NCBI GenBank assembly: GCA_046483305.1
Contig: JAWODM010000016.1
Location: forward strand, 1 to 23,950
DNA from: Candidatus Krumholzibacteriales bacterium
GTDB taxonomy: Bacteria; Krumholzibacteriota; Krumholzibacteriia; Krumholzibacteriales; WJIX01
Direction of reading: 5' to 3'
Length of the DNA stretch: 23,950 nt
The notes beneath the pieces were generated by a model. That model ran no database searches. It had not been told where the DNA came from and saw nothing but the letters and a program-made list of their open reading frames with translations. Shown here piece after piece: positions 17,912 through 23,950 of the stretch. The translations under genes and the position numbers were made by a program. How positions within the stretch are numbered: position 1 is the stretch's first letter; each line of letters begins with the position of its first letter.

Positions 17912-18797
17912 TGGAAGCGGGCTGGAAAGAAAATTAAGGGAAGACAGATGCCGTATTGAATCGGGGATGGACCGTCTTCTCCCCACCGTAAATGAGCAGC
18001 CCGGGCTTCTACACAGAGCTATGCGCTACTCCACACTGGACGGGGGTAAGAGAATAAGGGGGATACTGTGCCTGTGGACCCACATGTTATTCGGAGACAT
18101 TAATCCCAGGGCGGCTCTTGACACCGCCTGCGCAATCGAGTTTATGCACGCCTATACCCTGATTCACGACGACCTCCCCAGTCTGGACGATGATGATACC
18201 AGAAGAGGAAAGGCGTCGTGTCATGTCAAGTTTTCACCGGCGGTTGCCGTTCTGGCCGGCGATGCTCTCCAGGCCCTGGCATTCGAGATCCTCTCATCGA
18301 TAGAGGGCGTACCCCCTGATCATGTAATAACGGCGGTCAGGGTGCTGGCAGAAGCGGCCGGCTCCAGGCATCTGGTGGGGGGACAGGCTGCTGACATTCA
18401 GTTCGAGGGGACTGTCCCGACAGAAGAGAAGGTCCTGTATATTCATTCGAACAAGACTGCTCAGTTGATATCCGCATCGATGAAGCTGGGAGCCTTGATT
18501 TCAGAGGGGCCGGGAGAGATTTCAGAGAGGATGGGCAGGGCAGGCAGGAAAGCAGGGATCGCTTTTCAGATAATCGACGACCTGCTCGATATTGAAGGGA
18601 GCGAAAAGGTTGTGGGGAAGGGTTTGAGGAAGGATTCGGCCAGGGGAAAGATTACCTACCCGGCGGTATACGGAGTGGAGAGGTCCAGGTCTGACGCGGC
18701 ATCCCTTATTGAACAGGCTCTTGAAGACGCCGGGGATAAGGGGAGGGAAGGCCCGATAGGTTATATTTTCGAATTGATAGTTAACCGGATTAAATGA
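17892..18797 (+). CDS. ispA: Short-chain polyprenyl diphosphate synthase (FPP synthase type)
   Basis: GGKRIR, first Asp-rich motif YTLIHDDLPSLDDDDTRRGK, second motif FQIIDDLLD; xseB-ispA-dxs context. Confidence 0.92.
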   Translation: MKKTKSDGSGLERKLREDRCRIESGMDRLLPTVNEQPGLLHRAMRYSTLDGGKRIRGILCLWTHMLFGDINPRAALDTACAIEFMHAYTLIHDDLPSLDDDDTRRGKASCHVKFSPAVAVLAGDALQALAFEILSSIEGVPPDHVITAVRVLAEAAGSRHLVGGQAADIQFEGTVPTEEKVLYIHSNKTAQLISASMKLGALISEGPGEISERMGRAGRKAGIAFQIIDDLLDIEGSEKVVGKGLRKDSARGKITYPAVYGVERSRSDAASLIEQALEDAGDKGREGPIGYIFELIVNRIK

Positions 18798-18798
18798 A

Positions 18799-19239
18799 AT
18801 GACCAATCATCTCCTGTATAAGTATATCTTTCTGCTGCCAATAACCATTGGCGTTGCGGCCCAGCTCCTGAAGATGATTATTTATTCGGCGGTAAAGAAA
18901 AGGATTGATTACGGAAGAGTGCTCAGAGTGGACGGGATGCCCAACCTGCACTCAACTGTTTTTTCGTCACTGGTCGCCGGGGTGGGAATAAAGTGCGGAT
19001 ACTCCACCCTCGTATTCTCGGTGGTCACCGTTTACAGCCTGACCATAATTCATGATAATATAAGGCTTAACAAGGAAAAGGAGAAGCAGGCAAAAACCAT
19101 CAATGTTTTTGCATCTCTGGCGAATGAATTCAGGCCGGCTGGAAGATTGGAAATCGAGAAGGTTCTGCAGATCAGGATACTCGACATTGCTGCCGGGGTT
19201 GTTCTGGGGACGCTGCTGGCCTATACGCTGATTTATTGA
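18799..19239 (+). CDS. Divergent PAP2 family (DUF212) membrane protein
   Basis: AQLLK, GMPNLHS, QAKTIN, AGVVLG and hydrophobic helices; typical position between ispA and dxs. Confidence 0.75.
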   Translation: MTNHLLYKYIFLLPITIGVAAQLLKMIIYSAVKKRIDYGRVLRVDGMPNLHSTVFSSLVAGVGIKCGYSTLVFSVVTVYSLTIIHDNIRLNKEKEKQAKTINVFASLANEFRPAGRLEIEKVLQIRILDIAAGVVLGTLLAYTLIY

Positions 19240-19258
19240 GACTGCGGAAGGGAACAGG

Positions 19259-21124
19259 ATGCTTAAAAGTATAAATAGCCCCGAGGACCTGAAGAGACTT
19301 TCCAGGGATGAACTGAAGCAGCTCGGTAAAGAGTTACGCATGTATATTATCGAAACAGTTTCCAGAACCGGAGGGCATCTGGCCTCCAGCCTGGGAAGCG
19401 TTGAAATCACCGAAGCGCTCCATTATATATTCGACGCTCCCAGAGACAAGATACTCTGGGATGTGGGACATCAGGCGTATGCGCATAAGATTCTGACCGG
19501 AAGAAGAGAAGAATTCAAGACACTTAGAAAATATAAGGGTATCAGCGGATTTCCGAACATTTTCGAGAGCGAATACGATTCTTACGGGGTTGGGCATGCC
19601 AGCACCGCCATATCAGCGGCTCTCGGTTTTTCAGTGGCAAGGGATTTCAAGGGAGAGGACTATTACGTTATCTGTGTGGTTGGAGACGGGGCAATATCCA
19701 ACGGGCTGGCCTTCGAGGGAATTAATCAGGCAGGCCACATGGAAAAAGACAAGTTCATAATCGTGCTGAACGATAATGAAATGTCTATATCGAAGAATGT
19801 TGGGGCCCTTGCCAAATACCTTACCAGGATAACCACCCAGAACCTCTACCTGCAGATAGAAAAGGATGTCTGGGAGCTGCTGGGAAAGGTCCCGACCCTG
19901 GGAGGAAAAGCTCAGAAACTGGCCAGCAGGATCAAGGAGAGTATCAAGAATCTGGTGATACCGAACATGCTGTTCGAGGAACTGGGATTCAAATATTTCG
20001 GTCCGATTGACGGGCATAACCTGGATCAGCTGATCGATACCTTTTCCAAGATTAGAAATATCAAGGGCCCCATTCTGGTTCATGCCATGACCAAGAAGGG
20101 AAAGGGGTATCCGTTCGCGGAAGATGATGCCGAGAAGTATCATGGTGTGGGGAAGTTCTATAAGACCACCGGCAATTCCAAGAGCAGAAAGAAAGTGCTG
20201 AAGTACAGCGGGGTATTCGGGGACGCCATAATGGAACTGGCCTCCAGGGACGAACGGGTAGTGGCCATTACCGCGGCCATGAAGGAGGGTACCGGGCTCA
20301 AGCAATATTCCCGGGAGTTTCCGGATAGATTCTTCGATGTGGGGATATGCGAACAGCATGCGGTTACCTTCGCCGCAGGGCTGGCCAGAGAGGGGTATAT
20401 ACCTTTCGTGGCTATTTATTCGACTTTCCTGCAGAGAGGTTTCGATCAGCTTATTCATGATGTGGCGCTTCAGAAACTTCCGGTCAGGTTCGTAATAGAC
20501 CGGGCCGGAATCGTGGGAAAGGATGGCCCCACTCATCACGGCACTTTCGATATAAGTTATATGCGAATGATCCCCGGTATGGTGCTGATGGCTCCCGCCG
20601 ATGAGGAAGAGATGCGGAGGATGATTTATAATTTATACGACACGGATGACCGGCCTTCCGCGATGAGGTTTCCCAGAGGTGAGGTGAGAGGAGTTGAGAT
20701 TACCGATATCAGGAAGGGGCTGGAATTCGGAAAAGGGGTAATTTTAAAGAGGGGAGAAGATGCTTCTATCATAGCCGCCGGAGCGGTGGTTGAAATTGCA
20801 GAGGAAGCTGAAAAGATCCTGAGAGGCAGGGGGATTGACGTGACCCTGGCTAATGCCCGGTTTATCAAGCCTCTGGATATTGAGATGGTGGATGAATGTT
20901 CCAGGGGCGGGGTTCCTGTATATACGGTGGAAGAGAATGTCCTGGCAGGGGGATTCGGTGATGCCGTATCGGAGGCGGTTTCGGATCTGGGAAGAAACAA
21001 CTATATAAAAAGGGTTGGGATAAGAGACCTGTTCGTATCTCACGGAACCAGGGAAGAACTCCTGGCTGATATTGACCTCACTCCGGGAAATCTTGCCCGG
21101 GCGGTAGAAGAACATCTTAAATGA
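19259..21124 (+). CDS. dxs: 1-deoxy-D-xylulose-5-phosphate synthase
   Basis: GGHLASSLG, WDVGHQAYAHK, GDGA...LNDN TPP motif, DVGICEQHA, DRAG, DGPTHHG. Confidence 0.99.
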   Translation: MLKSINSPEDLKRLSRDELKQLGKELRMYIIETVSRTGGHLASSLGSVEITEALHYIFDAPRDKILWDVGHQAYAHKILTGRREEFKTLRKYKGISGFPNIFESEYDSYGVGHASTAISAALGFSVARDFKGEDYYVICVVGDGAISNGLAFEGINQAGHMEKDKFIIVLNDNEMSISKNVGALAKYLTRITTQNLYLQIEKDVWELLGKVPTLGGKAQKLASRIKESIKNLVIPNMLFEELGFKYFGPIDGHNLDQLIDTFSKIRNIKGPILVHAMTKKGKGYPFAEDDAEKYHGVGKFYKTTGNSKSRKKVLKYSGVFGDAIMELASRDERVVAITAAMKEGTGLKQYSREFPDRFFDVGICEQHAVTFAAGLAREGYIPFVAIYSTFLQRGFDQLIHDVALQKLPVRFVIDRAGIVGKDGPTHHGTFDISYMRMIPGMVLMAPADEEEMRRMIYNLYDTDDRPSAMRFPRGEVRGVEITDIRKGLEFGKGVILKRGEDASIIAAGAVVEIAEEAEKILRGRGIDVTLANARFIKPLDIEMVDECSRGGVPVYTVEENVLAGGFGDAVSEAVSDLGRNNYIKRVGIRDLFVSHGTREELLADIDLTPGNLARAVEEHLK

Positions 21125-21154
21125 TCGCAGGACCGGATGGGAGGATAGGCAGTA

Positions 21155-22003
21155 ATGATAATTAAAAAGATGGGAATAATTCCAAATCTCCGCAAGGAAG
21201 GGATTCGCGATATAATTTCAGATTCGATTGAGATGATACCGGATGATGTGGAATTGCTGGGAGAGAAAGAAATCAGCGGTATAACCGAAAGAATCAGGCA
21301 GACAGATTCTTTCAGGGGAGCGGACCTGATTCTGGCGCTGGGAGGGGATGGTACCATTCTTTACGCGGCGCGGGTAGTGGAAAATGAACAGATCCCCATC
21401 ATGGGTATTAAGATCAGGTCACTTGGATTTCTGGCTGAGGATAATCACCGGCAGGCCCTAAGGGAACTCTTTGCCGGAGGGTGCAGTATACAGGAAAGGA
21501 TGAGGCTTGCTTCTGTCCATAAGGGGGGAGGGGAAAACGGGAATACCGCCTTGAATGATATTGTGATAAACGGGGTGGGCGTATCCAGAGTACTTCATGT
21601 ACGGATGAAAATTAATGATACCCTGCTGGGCGAATACCTTTCGGACGGGGTTATTCTTTCAACCCCCACCGGTTCGACGGCTTATTCCCTGGCTGCGGGA
21701 GGACCGATTATCGATCCGGTCAGAAATGATTCGATTATAATTACTCCCCTCTGTCCCCATTCGCTTTCAGTCCGGCCGGTGGTAGTGAGCTCTGAAGAGA
21801 CAATAGAGATAGAGGTATTGGAAGCGGGAGGGAAGATTATAATGACCAGGGACGGTCAGGACGGCGAAGAGATAGAATTGAAAGAGAAAGTTAAAGTAAG
21901 GAAATCGGCAAAGGTTACCAGGCTGGTGGTGAGGGATAATTATAATTTTTATACACTGGTCAGAGAAAAACTCGGTTGGGGAGGGGTGCTGCGGAGGAGA
22001 TGA
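21155..22003 (+). CDS. nadK: NAD(+) kinase
   Basis: LGGDGTIL, LGFL, LND, DGVILSTPTGSTAYSLAAGGP, PLCPHSL. Confidence 0.97.
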   Translation: MIIKKMGIIPNLRKEGIRDIISDSIEMIPDDVELLGEKEISGITERIRQTDSFRGADLILALGGDGTILYAARVVENEQIPIMGIKIRSLGFLAEDNHRQALRELFAGGCSIQERMRLASVHKGGGENGNTALNDIVINGVGVSRVLHVRMKINDTLLGEYLSDGVILSTPTGSTAYSLAAGGPIIDPVRNDSIIITPLCPHSLSVRPVVVSSEETIEIEVLEAGGKIIMTRDGQDGEEIELKEKVKVRKSAKVTRLVVRDNYNFYTLVREKLGWGGVLRRR

Positions 22004-22006
22004 AAT

Positions 22007-23557
22007 ATGATAGACGAACTGAGAATAAGAAATCTCGCTGTTGTTGAGGACACTGTTCTGAAGTTCAGCCCGGGGTTGAACGTGCTTACCGGGGAGACCG
22101 GAGCGGGCAAATCCATAATCATCTCCGCCGTTTCCCTTCTTTCCGGAAAAAGGGCGGATAAATCACTTATTCGTAGGGGAAAGGACAGCCTCTGCATTGA
22201 AGGTGTTTTTAGAATCAGTGAAGAATGGCCGTTCCGGGAATACCTGGGAATGGAAAAGGGAGAAAACAGGCTCTCTATAAAGAGGAAGATAAGTTCGGAT
22301 AGCGGTAGCAGGATCTGGATCAACGGAACTTCTTCAACCAACCGTACTGCAAGGAAGATAACAGGTTCTCTTTTTGAACTCCACGGACAGCACAAACAAC
22401 AGGAACTGCTGGATCCCGAAACACACATAGATTACCTGGACGGCAGAGGGGATTACCGGGAACTGCTTGCAGAGTGTACCCGGAAGGTCAGGGAATACAG
22501 GGCTGTCAGGAAGAAGTTGCGGGAGCTCAGGAGAGAGCGGAAAGAAGCTGAAGAAAGAAGAGATTTCATGGAGTTTCAGTTCCGTGAACTGGAAAGGCTT
22601 AACCTGGAGCCGGGGTTAAAGGATGAACTGGAGGGGAAAATAAGCAGGTCCAGAAATATACACCGTTATCTATCCACTCTTGCAAGAATCAGAGATATCC
22701 TGGATAACCAGGAGGGGGGAGCGGTTGATGAGCTTTCAGAGGCAGTTAAGTGTTTCGGAGAGCTGGCAGCGATTGACAGCAAATGGGAAGAGCACCGGGA
22801 TAGGATGGAAGGTATCGTAACGGACCTGAGCGACATACTGTCATCGGTTGACCTTTCATTGCAGGATGACAGCGCTGAGGAAGATAATCTGGAGGAGCTT
22901 CAGGATCGGATCGCCGGTATTCAGAGGGCTGAGAGGAAGTACGGCAGGGATTATGAAGAACTGATAGAACACCGGGAAAGCCTCCGCAGGGTTTTAAGCG
23001 AGCTGGATCATGGTTCAGACCGGATTACTGAAATGAAGTGGAAGCTGGAGCAATCGGCGAGTGAGCTCTCTCCGGTACTGGAAAGATTGAGTGAAGAAAG
23101 GAAGAAAAACGCCGGACGGTTGGATAATGAACTCAGTGCTGAACTGAGAAAACTCGGAATCGAAGGAGCATTGTTCAAGACCGAGATAAAGAAAATTGAA
23201 ATTAAATCTTTATCCGGAGAAGATGATGATATAATTTTACCTTTGAAGGGTTGGGATGTGGTGGAATTTACACTTAGAACGAATATAGGAGAGGATATAA
23301 GGCCTCTTCGGGAAATAGTTTCCGGTGGCGAGCTGTCCAGGGTGACCCTGGTTCTCAGGTCTCTTCTGGCTGCCGGAAAGGGTATCCCCACTCTTATATT
23401 CGACGAAATAGACACAGGCCTGGGTGCGGATATGGGTGACAGGGTTTCCGATAAGATGATAGAGCTCTCCGGAAGTTACCAGGTCATATGCATTACTCAT
23501 ATACCGCAGATAGCAGCCGGAGCCGGGAATCCGGAACGGGACCGACGACCCCATTGA
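22007..23557 (+). CDS. recN: DNA repair protein RecN, C-terminally truncated at a junction
   Basis: Walker A TGETGAGKS, HGQH, signature SGGELSR, Walker B IFDEID, H-loop ITHIPQIAA. Similarity ends there and the frame stops about 10 codons later. Confidence 0.93.
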   Translation: MIDELRIRNLAVVEDTVLKFSPGLNVLTGETGAGKSIIISAVSLLSGKRADKSLIRRGKDSLCIEGVFRISEEWPFREYLGMEKGENRLSIKRKISSDSGSRIWINGTSSTNRTARKITGSLFELHGQHKQQELLDPETHIDYLDGRGDYRELLAECTRKVREYRAVRKKLRELRRERKEAEERRDFMEFQFRELERLNLEPGLKDELEGKISRSRNIHRYLSTLARIRDILDNQEGGAVDELSEAVKCFGELAAIDSKWEEHRDRMEGIVTDLSDILSSVDLSLQDDSAEEDNLEELQDRIAGIQRAERKYGRDYEELIEHRESLRRVLSELDHGSDRITEMKWKLEQSASELSPVLERLSEERKKNAGRLDNELSAELRKLGIEGALFKTEIKKIEIKSLSGEDDDIILPLKGWDVVEFTLRTNIGEDIRPLREIVSGGELSRVTLVLRSLLAAGKGIPTLIFDEIDTGLGADMGDRVSDKMIELSGSYQVICITHIPQIAAGAGNPERDRRPH

Positions 23558-23950
23558 GGGGGCCAACGTGACCCTGACCTCGGACGGGGACGAGATCACC
23601 CACGGCCTGACCAACTTCGAGGGTTGGATAGGCTTCACCGAGCTTGATCCCGGCATTTACCTGGTGAACGTCAGCCATGAAAATTATACATACAACACCG
23701 CTGAGGCGAACATTACGGCGGGTCAGGTAGAGGATATTACAGTGTTCCTGAACGAAAGGCCGCCGTCCACCGCCTCTTTCGATATAGGCCCCTGGGAGAA
23801 TGCCGAGGGATCCGCCTTGACCGGTGCCACCGTGGCATTGGAGACCAGGACCAGGGCCGACTCGGTGGTCGACTCGGCAGGCATGAGCTCCTTTGCCGAT
23901 GTGGAATACGGTGAGTACATTGGAACATTCGACAATCAGACAGTTACCTG
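23526..23950 (+). CDS. Internal fragment of a surface protein with carboxypeptidase-regulatory-like (prealbumin/CnaB-type) beta-sandwich repeats
   Basis: Not in the ORF track. The frame is open to the window end: GIRNGTDDPIEGANVTLTSDGDEITHGLTNFEGWIGFTELDPGIYLVNVSHENYTYNTAEANITAGQVEDITVFL...GSALTGATVAL...FADVEYGEY. Confidence 0.75.

Noticed and set aside
21124..21155. No tlyA between dxs and nadK, and no argR before recN
   Set aside because: This is common variation in this gene cluster, and no remnant is visible.
116..23935. Numerous minus-strand ORFs up to 365 aa (e.g. 8396-9493, 5342-6220, 19631-20539)
   Set aside because: All are antisense shadows of well-supported + strand genes or features, with no recognisable motifs.
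1..23950. CRISPR array, rRNA, IS/transposase, defence or toxin-antitoxin genes
   Set aside because: No regularly spaced repeats or supporting motifs were seen in the window.

Overview
Bacterial (diderm-type) chromosomal segment with all genes on the + strand. The left edge is the end of an integrative element: a 5'-truncated tyrosine integrase pointing into the 5' end of a CCA-less tRNA-Leu(TAA), with short arm-site-like repeats in between. Next come an HD-domain CCA-adding enzyme, an unexplained ~112-nt hairpin, a small Cys-rich orphan ORF, and a stand-alone dnaK whose upstream region looks like a sigma54/IHF/enhancer promoter. The core housekeeping block follows: tRNA-Val(GAC), thrS, L20 leader, infC (AUA start), rpmI, rplT, pheST, zapB-like, zapA, 6S RNA, rny, ymdB, folD, xseAB, ispA, DUF212, dxs, nadK and recN. 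At about 23525-23532 recN breaks off and joins, out of frame, the middle of an unrelated surface-protein-like ORF rich in N-glycosylation sequons, most likely a chimeric junction. No convincing new multi-gene system is visible. The best leads are non-coding signals in the first 3.3 kb and the right-hand junction.
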